This document shows, piece by piece, positions 1-10,028 of a stretch of DNA of 64,000 bases. The stretch's first letter is position 1. The number at the start of each line of letters is the position of its first letter. The notes beneath the pieces were generated by a model. It was not told where the DNA came from. It did no database searches and saw nothing but the letters and a program-made list of their open reading frames with translations. A program made the translations under genes and the position numbers. Source of the DNA: Escherichia coli (lineage in GTDB: Bacteria > Pseudomonadota > Gammaproteobacteria > Enterobacterales > Enterobacteriaceae); the NCBI RefSeq assembly GCF_024223415.1, contig NZ_CP100500.1; one strand, given 5' to 3'.

Positions 1-981
1 GCTCAGGTGCTGTATCAGGAACTGGATATTGGTGCAGTCGCGATTACCGATCGAGAGAAATTGCTGGCCTTTACCGGAATTGGTGACGACCACCATTTAC
101 CCGGCAAACCGATTTCTTCAACTTATACTTTAAAAGCGATTGAAACCGGTGAAGTGGTCTACGCTGATGGCAACGAAGTACCTTACCGTTGCTCTTTGCA
201 TCCGCAATGCAAACTGGGGTCGACGCTGGTAATTCCGTTGCGTGGTGAAAATCAGCGGGTGATGGGCACCATCAAATTGTATGAAGCCAAAAACCGTTTA
301 TTCAGTTCAATCAACCGCACGTTGGGTGAGGGGATTGCGCAATTGCTTTCGGCGCAGATCCTTGCCGGGCAATATGAGCGGCAAAAAGCGATGCTCACCC
401 AGTCAGAGATCAAACTGCTTCACGCCCAGGTGAATCCCCATTTTTTGTTTAATGCGCTTAACACCATTAAAGCGGTGATCCGCCGCGACAGCGAACAGGC
501 CAGCCAGCTGGTGCAGTATCTTTCCACTTTTTTCCGCAAAAACTTAAAGCGGCCTTCGGAGTTTGTTACTCTCGCCGACGAAATTGAACATGTGAATGCT
601 TATCTGCAAATTGAAAAGGCGCGCTTCCAGTCGCGGTTGCAGGTCAACATTGCTATTCCGCAAGAATTATCCCAGCAGCAATTGCCCGCGTTTACCCTGC
701 AACCGATAGTGGAAAACGCCATTAAACATGGGACATCACAACTGCTGGATACAGGGCGAGTGGCAATCAGCGCCCGACGTGAGGGGCAACATTTGATGCT
801 GGAGATCGAAGACAATGCCGGTTTGTATCAACCGGTAACCAATGCCAGTGGGCTGGGGATGAATCTGGTGGATAAGCGTTTACGTGAACGGTTTGGCGAT
901 GACTATGGAATAAGCGTCGCCTGTGAGCCTGATAGTTACACCCGAATAACGTTACGACTACCATGGAGGGACGAGGCATGA
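1..981 (+). CDS. btsS: Sensor histidine kinase BtsS/YehU, C-terminal part (5' end lies outside the window)
   Basis: The frame is open from base 1. It has a LytS-type HK region ([21 protein letters not shown]). The stop overlaps the btsR start (ATGA at 978-981). Synteny with K-12 yehUT. Confidence 0.9.
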   Translation, partial: AQVLYQELDIGAVAITDREKLLAFTGIGDDHHLPGKPISSTYTLKAIETGEVVYADGNEVPYRCSLHPQCKLGSTLVIPLRGENQRVMGTIKLYEAKNRLFSSINRTLGEGIAQLLSAQILAGQYERQKAMLTQSEIKLLHAQVNPHFLFNALNTIKAVIRRDSEQASQLVQYLSTFFRKNLKRPSEFVTLADEIEHVNAYLQIEKARFQSRLQVNIAIPQELSQQQLPAFTLQPIVENAIKHGTSQLLDTGRVAISARREGQHLMLEIEDNAGLYQPVTNASGLGMNLVDKRLRERFGDDYGISVACEPDSYTRITLRLPWRDEA

Positions 982-1697
982 TTAAAGTCTTAATTGTCGA
1001 TGATGAACCGTTAGCACGGGATAACCTGCGTGTATTTTTGCAGGAGCAGAGCGATATTGAAATCGTTGGAGAGTGTTCAAACGCCGTGGAAGGGATCGGC
1101 GCGGTGCATAAACTGCGCCCGGATGTGCTGTTTCTCGATATCCAGATGCCGCGCATCAGTGGTCTGGAAATGGTGGGGATGCTTGACCCGGAACATCGCC
1201 CGTATATTGTTTTTCTCACTGCGTTTGACGAATACGCAATTAAAGCCTTTGAAGAACATGCCTTTGATTATCTGCTGAAGCCAATTGATGAAGCGCGACT
1301 GGAGAAAACGCTGGCGCGATTGCGTCAGGAGCGCAGCAAGCAGGATGTTTCGCTGTTACCGGAAAATCAACAGGCGCTGAAATTTATCCCTTGTACGGGG
1401 CATAGTCGGATTTATTTGCTGCAAATGAAAGATGTGGCATTTGTCAGCAGTCGGATGAGCGGTGTCTACGTTACCAGCCACGAAGGGAAAGAGGGCTTTA
1501 CCGAATTGACATTACGTACCCTGGAAAGTCGTACACCACTACTGCGCTGCCATCGTCAGTATCTGGTTAACCTCGCGCATTTACAGGAGATTCGTCTGGA
1601 AGATAACGGCCAGGCCGAGTTGATTTTGCGTAATGGCTTAACCGTGCCGGTCAGCCGCCGTTATCTGAAAAGCTTAAAAGAGGCGATTGGCCTGTAA
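978..1697 (+). CDS. btsR: LytTR-family response regulator BtsR/YehT
   Basis: N-terminus [14 protein letters not shown] is a receiver domain and the C-terminus is LytTR-like. The start was moved to the internal ATG that matches the 239-aa K-12 protein. Confidence 0.9.
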   Translation: MIKVLIVDDEPLARDNLRVFLQEQSDIEIVGECSNAVEGIGAVHKLRPDVLFLDIQMPRISGLEMVGMLDPEHRPYIVFLTAFDEYAIKAFEEHAFDYLLKPIDEARLEKTLARLRQERSKQDVSLLPENQQALKFIPCTGHSRIYLLQMKDVAFVSSRMSGVYVTSHEGKEGFTELTLRTLESRTPLLRCHRQYLVNLAHLQEIRLEDNGQAELILRNGLTVPVSRRYLKSLKEAIGL

Positions 1698-1743
1698 AAG
1701 ACTGCTAAAATGGCTTTTTGCCTCATCAACACCTGAAGGCCTC

Positions 1744-2214
1744 ATGCTAAGTAACGATATTCTGCGCAGCGTGCGCTACATTTTGAAAGCCAATAATAAT
1801 GACCTGGTGCGTATTCTGGCGCTGGGTAATGTCGAAGCCACCGCGGAACAGATCGCCGTCTGGCTACGTAAAGAAGACGAAGAGGGTTTTCAGCGTTGTC
1901 CGGACATTGTTTTGTCGTCATTCCTCAATGGCCTGATTTATGAAAAACGCGGCAAGGATGAGTCTGCTCCGGCACTGGAGCCGGAACGTCGCATTAATAA
2001 CAACATCGTGCTGAAAAAATTACGCATCGCGTTTTCGCTGAAAACCGATGACATTCTGGCTATCCTCACCGAACAGCAGTTCCGCGTTTCGATGCCGGAA
2101 ATTACAGCGATGATGCGCGCACCGGATCATAAAAACTTCCGCGAATGCGGCGATCAATTTTTACGTTATTTTCTGCGTGGACTGGCAGCGCGCCAGCATG
2201 TGAAAAAAGGCTAA
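1744..2214 (+). CDS. yehS: YehS, DUF1456 protein of unknown function
   Basis: The internal start MLSNDILRSVRYILK gives the 156-aa K-12-like product. Confidence 0.85.
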   Translation: MLSNDILRSVRYILKANNNDLVRILALGNVEATAEQIAVWLRKEDEEGFQRCPDIVLSSFLNGLIYEKRGKDESAPALEPERRINNNIVLKKLRIAFSLKTDDILAILTEQQFRVSMPEITAMMRAPDHKNFRECGDQFLRYFLRGLAARQHVKKG

Positions 2215-2220
2215 AAAATT

Positions 2221-2247
2221 GGCGGTCATGTTTAGAGCATGACCGCC
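2221..2247. terminator. Bidirectional hairpin terminator between convergent yehS and yehR
   Basis: ggcggtcatg-tttagag-catgaccgcc is a perfect 10-bp stem lying between two convergent stops. Confidence 0.6.
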
Positions 2248-2253
2248 AACCGA

Positions 2254-2715
2254 TTATTTCACTTCTTTAAAACCAGCGGCTTTCATCACCAGTTCCATTT
2301 GCGCCATAGTGATACCTTTTTTGGCATCTTCAGCAGAAACGTTGATTCCTGAAATACCCTGCAGGGCTTTAAAATCCACTTTTTCCATATCGATAGTCAC
2401 GTTTTCCTGCGCGTAGGTATCGGTATAGGTTAATTTTTCTTCAACACCCGCGATGTTTTTGTATTTGGCGCTTAACGGCTCAAGTGTCTTGGCAGCATCT
2501 TCTTTGGTGGTTGCACCAATGGAGGCAAATTGAATTTTGGTTTCAGAAGATTGCTTAAGCACCTTGTCACCTTTGTAGACATAGGTAATGGCAATTTCAG
2601 TGCCGTTCAGATTGGCGCTGAATTTCTTCGATTCTTCTTTGTCACCGCAGCCAGCAAGAGAGAAAACCAGAACAGATGCAACAACGAGGGAAAACAGCTT
2701 ATTGAAAGCCTTCAT
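2254..2715 (-). CDS. yehR: Lipoprotein YehR
   Basis: MKAFNKLFSLVVASVLVFSLAGC carries a lipobox. The size (153 aa) is K-12-like. Confidence 0.85.
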   Translation of the reverse strand: MKAFNKLFSLVVASVLVFSLAGCGDKEESKKFSANLNGTEIAITYVYKGDKVLKQSSETKIQFASIGATTKEDAAKTLEPLSAKYKNIAGVEEKLTYTDTYAQENVTIDMEKVDFKALQGISGINVSAEDAKKGITMAQMELVMKAAGFKEVK

Positions 2716-2839
2716 GTAAAACTCCATTTTATTTAATCAAGGAACTGGTGACTCTCACCAGGGGCTATATAGGATATGCCTAATACCGTGGCGTGAGCAG
2801 TCCGGAACTGGAGTAGAACTCTTAGTAAAAAGCACTATT

Positions 2840-4840
2840 TCATCCTTGTTGCTGAAGCATGGGGAATAATTGTTCGCAAAGCAAAACACCGTTATTCATT
2901 GCTTCTACCCGTGCCTCGCTTTCTGTATTACGAAATTGTCCCAACACATGTGCCAGCCGATAAAAACCCACCGCGGTGAGGTCATTCGCCAGCAACTCTG
3001 CCTGACCAATAGCACTCTGTTCCTGATAGCGCCAGCCGTTATGGAGCAGTTGAATAAGTAACGCCTGGCAGCGTATCAGCAACTGATGAGCAGTAGACGG
3101 CACAGGCAAAACGCTGGCAGAAGGTAGCGGTGCCACAGGCGTAGTTTCTGCGTCCAGCGCCCAGGCACGGGTTTTTGTCATCATCACCCGTGGTTCCAGT
3201 GTCAATTGCCCTTCAACAAAACTGACAAAGCCAGAAACCAGACACACGGGGTCGTCTGTTTGTTGCAAAAGCGCCGCCATGCGTTCAACGGCATAAGGTG
3301 CGCTGGCTGAGGCTGGTAATGATAACGTCAGCACATTATCTTCCCCTTCGCCGCTAATGACCTGCGCATCCAGCGTCTGGCGGCTGCTGTCCCAACCGAG
3401 CGAAATACACTCAGCGACCGGCAGAATAAATAAGTTATCGACCTGATTAAGAGGCCGTATGCAGGCGGGGGGACGCTGGCGTAAATATTCCCGCAAAGCC
3501 ACAATGCCCGGCTGGCGTAACGGCGCGCTCAACATTTGCCAGGCATCAGGCGACAGCGGCACAACGCTGCTTAAGCGGTTGCGGGTAGCTAACAGCAGCT
3601 CGCCATCGGCACTGCGTTTTGCTGCTTGTGAAACAATTTGCCCGCCCGCCAGTGCGCCAGCCTGAAAACTAAACAGCCGACGCGTAGCTGCCGGTGAGTT
3701 TTCCTGTTCACTTCGCGGCCAACTGCGCGAAAGGTGCAAAATACTGCCGGTGTCGGGATCGGTAAACCAGATGCGTAAACCATAATGCTCAATATCCTGC
3801 CAGCAACGCATACCTAAAGACACCAGCCGCAGATGATCAAGCTTTGCTTCTCCGGCAATGCCAGAGCCAACGACCGTGCGCCACGGCACAGGAGGAACTT
3901 CACCAATACTGTCGCGCCGGGCCATCTCTTGTGCGCAATTTAATCGACTGTTTAATGCCGCAAGCTGATGTAAGCATTCTCCGGCATTATAGTGGCTGGC
4001 GCGGGCGTGGAAGGCATCAACGCTGGCGCGCAGTTGCCGTAGCGATTCACTCACCCAGCGCCAGTTGCAGGTCTCTGCCGCCTGCAATGCGCGGTTGAAT
4101 GCTGCCTCGTAATGGATGAGCGGCTGGCTGATGCCGCCAAGCCATAATGTCTGGCTTAATTGCTGAACATATTGACGACACGCGTTGCCTTCTTCGCTGG
4201 CAAACGGATCGTCAGATGATGTGACGTGTTCGCTGCGCATCTGCCAGATTAAATGGTTAAATTCTGCTTGCTGCGCTTTGGCCTCGACGAAGGCCTGTAC
4301 CGCCAGTACGACATGTTCGCAAAGTGTGCCTTCAATACAATCACAACGGGCGAAACGAATACTGCTGCGGGAATAAAAACGCACATCGCTCATCGGTAAG
4401 CGGGCAGAGGGAATTTCACCCGGCGCACAGAACAACTCAATGGTGATGCCTTTAGCGACCAGCGCCTGTGCGCGTTTGCGGGTAGCATCGGGAAGGGTAG
4501 CCAGTTCTTCCAGCCAGATTGCCGGATCCCACTCTTCTTCTTTTTCCGTAGACTGAGTGGTGGCACAAAGTCGTTGATAACTTAACACCAGCATCACGCG
4601 ATGACGGCACATACCGTTGGCCCCGCAACTGCACTGAGCCTCTTTCAGTGCCTGGCCGTTCGCCAGCTGGGTACGGACACCGTCACTGAAGGTGGCGATT
4701 AAAGCGTCGTTCTCATGGCTGATCTCCGGGACGTTGCCATTTTCCAGTTCCTTAAGACTGCGCTTAACAAAACCGGCATTGCTTAACGCCGTCAGGGCCT
4801 GCGGTGTCAGTTCTAATAATTCCGGACGTAGTGAATTCAT
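2840..4840 (-). CDS. yehQ: YehQ, protein with two SWIM zinc fingers
   Basis: Two CxCx(n)CxH motifs are present (CSCGANGMCRH, CDCIEGTLCEH). The start was chosen at MNSLRPELL, whose ATG overlaps the yehP stop (ATGA, 4837-4840). Confidence 0.8.
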   Translation of the reverse strand: MNSLRPELLELTPQALTALSNAGFVKRSLKELENGNVPEISHENDALIATFSDGVRTQLANGQALKEAQCSCGANGMCRHRVMLVLSYQRLCATTQSTEKEEEWDPAIWLEELATLPDATRKRAQALVAKGITIELFCAPGEIPSARLPMSDVRFYSRSSIRFARCDCIEGTLCEHVVLAVQAFVEAKAQQAEFNHLIWQMRSEHVTSSDDPFASEEGNACRQYVQQLSQTLWLGGISQPLIHYEAAFNRALQAAETCNWRWVSESLRQLRASVDAFHARASHYNAGECLHQLAALNSRLNCAQEMARRDSIGEVPPVPWRTVVGSGIAGEAKLDHLRLVSLGMRCWQDIEHYGLRIWFTDPDTGSILHLSRSWPRSEQENSPAATRRLFSFQAGALAGGQIVSQAAKRSADGELLLATRNRLSSVVPLSPDAWQMLSAPLRQPGIVALREYLRQRPPACIRPLNQVDNLFILPVAECISLGWDSSRQTLDAQVISGEGEDNVLTLSLPASASAPYAVERMAALLQQTDDPVCLVSGFVSFVEGQLTLEPRVMMTKTRAWALDAETTPVAPLPSASVLPVPSTAHQLLIRCQALLIQLLHNGWRYQEQSAIGQAELLANDLTAVGFYRLAHVLGQFRNTESEARVEAMNNGVLLCEQLFPMLQQQG

Positions 4841-5973
4841 GACTGAAGATTCTCCGCAAGCCATGATGCCAGCTCGCCCGGCGTCATGGCGGCTATTTGT
4901 GCGCCGACATTAACCAGCGCCTGGGCCGTATCGCGGTCATAGCAAGGTGTTGCGGTGCTATCGAGCGCTGCCAGTCCCAGCACTTTGATGCCGCTCTGGA
5001 CACACTTTTTCACCTGATGCGTCAGTAATGATGATGAACCCCCTTCGTAAAAATCGCTCACGAGGATAATGACGCTTTTCGCTGGTTGTTCAATAAGTTG
5101 CCGACCATACTCCACGGCACTGGCGATATTGGTCCCGCCGCCCAACTGTACTTTCATTAATAACTCTACCGGATCGGCAACGTCTGCCGTGAGATCAACG
5201 ACGCTTGTGTCAAACGCCACCAGATGGGTACGAATGCCGGGTAACTGCCACAAACAGGCCGCCATCACCGCAGAGTGGATCACCGAATCGACCATCGATC
5301 CGCTTTGATCAACCAGTAAGACCAGTTGCCATTGTTCGCTTTGGCGTTTAATGCGGCTGTTAAAGCGGGGGGATTCGATATACAACTTGCCGTGTTGCGG
5401 GTGCCAGTGTTGCAGGTTGGCGCGCAGAGTACTTTTGAAATCAAAGTTTCGCGCCAGTGGAATAAATGAACGGCGACGGCGATCGCGGACACCAGAAAAA
5501 GCCTGACGAACTTCCTTTGCCAGTCGAGCCATAATTTCTTCAACAACCTGGCACACTATCCGGCGGGCGGCAGCCAGTACTTCGGGGTTCATCAGATGTT
5601 TGGTGTGCAAAACAGCGCGTAGCAGGCTTTCAGAAGGCTGCATACGTTCCAGCACGTCGAGATTCGTCACCACATCTTCAATGCCGTAGCGCAGCACGGC
5701 ATCGCTTTCCAGCCGCTCAATCACCTGCTGCGGAAACAGCGTGTGAATACTGTTGATCCACTCAGGGGTGGTGAGATTTGAGCCACCTAATCCACCGGAA
5801 CGTTCACCACGCTGGAGCCGTTCAGGATCGCGCCCATACAGCCACTCCAGCGCGTGGTCTATCTGCCGGGCGTTGTCATCCAGCCCACAAAGCGTCGTTT
5901 CTGCCGCTTCGCCAAGAATTAATCGCCAGCGTTGTAGCTCACGGGTGGTCAGAAGATCGTTCAGTTCAGACAT
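4837..5973 (-). CDS. yehP: YehP, von Willebrand factor A (VWA) domain protein
   Basis: MIDAS-like motif LLVDQSGSM. The start MSELNDLLTTREL gives 378 aa. There is an 8-nt overlap with the yehM stop (5966-5973). Confidence 0.85.
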   Translation of the reverse strand: MSELNDLLTTRELQRWRLILGEAAETTLCGLDDNARQIDHALEWLYGRDPERLQRGERSGGLGGSNLTTPEWINSIHTLFPQQVIERLESDAVLRYGIEDVVTNLDVLERMQPSESLLRAVLHTKHLMNPEVLAAARRIVCQVVEEIMARLAKEVRQAFSGVRDRRRRSFIPLARNFDFKSTLRANLQHWHPQHGKLYIESPRFNSRIKRQSEQWQLVLLVDQSGSMVDSVIHSAVMAACLWQLPGIRTHLVAFDTSVVDLTADVADPVELLMKVQLGGGTNIASAVEYGRQLIEQPAKSVIILVSDFYEGGSSSLLTHQVKKCVQSGIKVLGLAALDSTATPCYDRDTAQALVNVGAQIAAMTPGELASWLAENLQS

Positions 5974-8245
5974 GGAAAACTCCCCAGTTTTGCAGCGATG
6001 CCAGTGCCTGCTGTTCGAGTTGTTGATGATGTGCAATGGCCTGTGGTGGACAATGCAACGGCATTTGCAGCGCCGAAACGGGAAGTTGCGCCAGTTGATA
6101 ATGCTCAAGCACCTGATGCGCCAGCGTCCCGCGTTCTCGTGGTGGTAGCCAGGCCATCGCCGCGCGTAAATCGGGCAGGGCGTTAATAAAATCGGCTTCA
6201 CTCAGTTGATTTAAATGACTGCTGAAACCAGCGATAAATGCCGGCTGACAGGCCAGTTGATGGCGGGCCAGCGCCAGCAAACCGTGCAGCGCCTCACCAG
6301 ATTGTGCCGGGGATAACTGCGCCAGCATCGTCAGCGCCGCTTCGGCACTGGCGTTGGGATGTTCCAGACGCATTAGTGCGCCAAGAGCCGCGCCGCGATC
6401 CAGCGCCGGGGCATGAATTGCCTGACTGCGTCGCTCCAGTAAGGCTACCGCCGCAGAAAGAGAAACGCCGGGTAAATTAACGCCGCTATGTAGATCGCGC
6501 AGAATATGGCAAAGCGCTTGCCAGCTATGCAGGTGAGCGTGAAACTCCTTTTCATCCGGTCTGCCGTTAGATTCACACAGCCACAGCGTGCGATCGATAG
6601 TCGCGCATAACGTCGTTTGTAATATCTGCGCGCCTTGCATACCGCTAATTTCATCCAGCCGCCATAAGGCATAAAGCACTTCCAGCGCCTGGCCCATTTC
6701 GGCAAATTGATTTTCCTGGGCGATTAATAGTGTGAGTTGCTCCAGTAATTGTTGACTGAAGGACGCCAGACCCGCTAACGCCGCCTGGCTAAGACATGTG
6801 GTGATACTGCCGATTCCGCCCGCGTCCAGCATATCGGCTTCTAATTTATTGCGTGCGGCTTCCTGGAGTGTGGCACCAAAACAGGCGGCCTCAATCAATG
6901 CCGCATGCTGGCTAAGCGGGCGGGTTAATTTCCAGCGTTCTTCACCGTTGCCTGCAAGTGTCAGTGTACTTCCCTGCTGGCGTACAATCCCAGGGATCTC
7001 CAGTATTGCCAGCCGATGTAACACCTGACTTTGCGCCAGCCCATCGGGGGTAAAGCGATTTAAGGTAAGCTCCGCCGGAAGGGAGATTGCGGTACGTTCC
7101 AGTTCGCAGGTGACATCTTTTGGCAGAGGCGGTTGTGGCGTAGAAGGGGCAAGTTTACCGAATCCGTCACCCGCTAATGTGTCTATCAACGTTAGCAGAA
7201 TCGGATCGGTATCGGGATGAATAACGCCGCGATAGCTCCACGGCAACGGCGCGTTCAGGGCTTCTTTAATCAGCGAGCCTGCTATGGCATCCAGCCAGTC
7301 AGTGCGTAACGGTAGTGTATGACCGCGCAACTGTGCCAGCGCCATCGCATGCAGATGAGCGGCAGCCATATCCGCGGTAGAAGCGGGCAATTTGTGCTGG
7401 CGCAAACGGGTAAGGATAGTTTTTAGCAGTTGTTCACCGGCCTTCTGCAAGCCCCACTGCCAGCACCAGTTTTGCCATACCGGGGCAGGCATTCCTGAAA
7501 GGTATCCTGCCAGCACATCAAGGCGCTTTTCACTGTAGGGTGTGAGATAACAACCTGTAACGGCATCTGCCAGCGAGGGCAATTCTGGCTTGTTAATTTT
7601 CTGAGGGCATTCGCGCCACATCTTTGCCAGTGCCGGAGCGTGCCAGCCACCGCAGACAACTAACACGTCGCCATTATTTTGCTGCATCGCCCATCCAATC
7701 CAGCGGGCCATAAAGGCTTCGCGCTGACGATTGAGCGCATCGCCGGAGGCGTCGCCCCGCAGTTGGGCAAAATAGTGCGCCAGCGCAGAGGGTAATGCAG
7801 TTTGCTGGCTTTCATCTTCGAACAAGTGATCCCACAGGGTATCGCTGTTATCCATGCGGGTGGCACGCAGCAGTAAGGCCTGGCTTTCATCTTGCGTATC
7901 AGGCGAATCGTCCTCTTCTTCACTCTGCGCCCAGCAAGGCAAATCGATGAAGTAAGTTTGTGCCTGAATGCGACGTGCGGCTTGTAGCGCCTGCCACTCC
8001 GGCGAAAATTCAGCAAATGGCGTCCAGGCACCACGCCCGGGGGCTGCACCGTCCTGATACTGGCAATAACTGTAAATAGCTACCGGAAGCTGGTGGGCTA
8101 AAAACAGTTCGTCTACCCGGTCATTAAAATCAGCCGGGCCTTCAATCAACACGTATCGTGGCCGCTGGCTTTCGATTAACGATTTCACCAGCCGGGCGCA
8201 GGCCGGACTATGATGCCGGATGCCGACAATTAACGGCTCGCTCAT
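5966..8245 (-). CDS. yehM: YehM, large uncharacterised protein (DUF5682-like)
   Basis: The start MSEPLIVGIRHHSPACARL gives 759 aa as in K-12. It lies between the MoxR-like ATPase and VWA genes. Confidence 0.85.
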   Translation of the reverse strand: MSEPLIVGIRHHSPACARLVKSLIESQRPRYVLIEGPADFNDRVDELFLAHQLPVAIYSYCQYQDGAAPGRGAWTPFAEFSPEWQALQAARRIQAQTYFIDLPCWAQSEEEDDSPDTQDESQALLLRATRMDNSDTLWDHLFEDESQQTALPSALAHYFAQLRGDASGDALNRQREAFMARWIGWAMQQNNGDVLVVCGGWHAPALAKMWRECPQKINKPELPSLADAVTGCYLTPYSEKRLDVLAGYLSGMPAPVWQNWCWQWGLQKAGEQLLKTILTRLRQHKLPASTADMAAAHLHAMALAQLRGHTLPLRTDWLDAIAGSLIKEALNAPLPWSYRGVIHPDTDPILLTLIDTLAGDGFGKLAPSTPQPPLPKDVTCELERTAISLPAELTLNRFTPDGLAQSQVLHRLAILEIPGIVRQQGSTLTLAGNGEERWKLTRPLSQHAALIEAACFGATLQEAARNKLEADMLDAGGIGSITTCLSQAALAGLASFSQQLLEQLTLLIAQENQFAEMGQALEVLYALWRLDEISGMQGAQILQTTLCATIDRTLWLCESNGRPDEKEFHAHLHSWQALCHILRDLHSGVNLPGVSLSAAVALLERRSQAIHAPALDRGAALGALMRLEHPNASAEAALTMLAQLSPAQSGEALHGLLALARHQLACQPAFIAGFSSHLNQLSEADFINALPDLRAAMAWLPPRERGTLAHQVLEHYQLAQLPVSALQMPLHCPPQAIAHHQQLEQQALASLQNWGVFHV

Positions 8246-8255
8246 GCATCTTTCC

Positions 8256-9344
8256 TCACGGCAGGCGGTGGCGGGCTTGATAATAAGCCTGCCAGTGAGC
8301 TTCTTTATGTGTGGCGACACGCTGTTCGAAGTAACGGCGCAGACGCGCGCGATCTTCTTCGTTATCTTTGACGATGGTTCCGGCAATACATTCCACCAGG
8401 TCGGCAGGCTCCCCCGCGCGATTCGCTAAAAACCAGGCGCGGACGCCCACAGCATGGGCCACGTTCACGGCTTCAGCGGTGGACATAATCGCTGTCAGTG
8501 TATCCATTGACGTTTTCTTTTCGCCGTTGGCACGCAGATCGCGGAAGGTGCGGACCAGTAATTCCAGTACCGCGTCAGGCACTTTATGCGGAATACCGCT
8601 ATGGGCCAGCAAACGCGCCGAAGCACTGGCGACCAGTTCCAACTCCTGGGCGAAATCCATAATCGGAAAAACCGTTTCAAAATCGAAGCGACGCTTTAGC
8701 GCAGCACTCATTTCATTGACGCCGCGATCGCGGGTATTGGCAGTGGCAATAATATTAAAGCCTTCTCGCGCATAGAGCTGACTGGCTTCACCAGTGAGTT
8801 CCGGCACCGTCATCACCCTGTCAGAAAGCATACCTAACAGACAGTCCTGCACTTCCAGCGGTGTACGCGTTATCTCTTCGAAACGGACGATTTTGCCGTC
8901 GCGCATTCCCTGATAAAGCGGGGCAGGGACCAGCGCTTCCGTTGACGGACCATGATTGATAAGCAAGGCGTAGTTCCAGCCATACTTGATTTGATCTTCG
9001 GTGGTAGATGCCCCGCCCTGGATGGTTAACCCGGCATCGCCGCTAATAGCGGTTGCCAGTAATTCAGAAAGAAGAGATTTTGCGGTACCCGGTTCCCCCA
9101 CCAACATCAAACCGCGGCCGGTAGCAAGAGTGACTAACATACGTTCGACAGCGGAGGGGCTAATCACCACTTTACGGCTGATATTTTGCGCTTCGTCGCC
9201 AAGGATAAAAGCACGGGCCGCAGGCAAACTTAACTGCCAACCGGGCGGGCAAGGTGCGTTATCATTTTGTTTTAATTTTGCCAGTTCATCGGCGTATAAC
9301 ACAGCAGCAGGCGGACGCTGCAGATGATTATTCTGCGGTGACAT
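8256..9344 (-). CDS. yehL: YehL, MoxR-like AAA+ ATPase
   Basis: Walker A GEPGTAKS. The start MSPQNNHLQRPP gives 362 aa. Confidence 0.9.
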   Translation of the reverse strand: MSPQNNHLQRPPAAVLYADELAKLKQNDNAPCPPGWQLSLPAARAFILGDEAQNISRKVVISPSAVERMLVTLATGRGLMLVGEPGTAKSLLSELLATAISGDAGLTIQGGASTTEDQIKYGWNYALLINHGPSTEALVPAPLYQGMRDGKIVRFEEITRTPLEVQDCLLGMLSDRVMTVPELTGEASQLYAREGFNIIATANTRDRGVNEMSAALKRRFDFETVFPIMDFAQELELVASASARLLAHSGIPHKVPDAVLELLVRTFRDLRANGEKKTSMDTLTAIMSTAEAVNVAHAVGVRAWFLANRAGEPADLVECIAGTIVKDNEEDRARLRRYFEQRVATHKEAHWQAYYQARHRLP

Positions 9345-9454
9345 ATATTCATCCCTGAAATGTATTAATGAAATAAACGATATTTTACGCGCAATAAATG
9401 TTTGGCGCATTAGTTGTTTGAGCGAAAAATATCTGGAAAGCAGATCACAGTAAA

Positions 9455-9490
9455 TAAAAAAACCTGCTGGTGAGGCAGGTTCTTTTATTT
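9455..9490 (-). terminator. Rho-independent terminator downstream of yehK
   Basis: The aacctgc/gcaggtt stem is flanked by an A-run and a T-run. On the minus strand the hairpin is followed by TTTTTTT. Confidence 0.6.
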
Positions 9491-9650
9491 ACTATTTTCA
9501 GGCCTAACACCACAGCCTGTGCAACATCGTGTTCCAACGAACGAATTATAACCACGGCTGGACCCCGTTGCAATTAAGATAATGAGATTTATAATCCAGG
9601 CCATTGGGACGTTGCGCCGGATCGGACCAATTTGAATTATTTAGAGTATA

Positions 9651-9968
9651 TTATTCTATTTCTTGGTTGAATATATTCTGTAGTTCACGATTAAAAATTG
9701 CTATTACAGTTTCAGGTGATTCACCTCGTAATTTCCGCTCATCAATACACTCATCTCTTATATAAATCAACGCATCATTTATTAGCGGGTCAGCATCTTC
9801 TCGATCACGTTGATGAAATGTTGGACGTAGCCGGAATCGCTCCAGTCGATAGACGGAACCTGTAAATAATTCAGAGCATTTATGGATCTCAAGTCTGAAG
9901 GAAAACGGATCTTCAGGTACAGGGACCTCATAATCGTAAATAGCAACCAGCTCTTTTTGCACGATCAT
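9651..9968 (-). CDS. yehK: YehK, small uncharacterised protein
   Basis: 105-aa ORF in the K-12 position downstream of yehI. Confidence 0.8.
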   Translation of the reverse strand: MIVQKELVAIYDYEVPVPEDPFSFRLEIHKCSELFTGSVYRLERFRLRPTFHQRDREDADPLINDALIYIRDECIDERKLRGESPETVIAIFNRELQNIFNQEIE

Positions 9969-10028
9969 CGCTTTCCCCGCTGGTAAGTCGTGTTGATAAC
10001 GGGCAGTTGCATCACTGCCCGCTGTGTT

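Noticed and set aside
5974-6201. N-terminal extensions in the ORF track (e.g. yehP from 6201, yehM from 8386, yehL from 9410, rcnB from 27159, yegS from 55541, fbaB from 46714)
   Set aside because: The internal ATGs give the protein lengths and N-termini I recognise for the K-12 orthologues. They also create tidy start/stop couplings, whereas the extensions overlap upstream genes or intergenic regulatory DNA.
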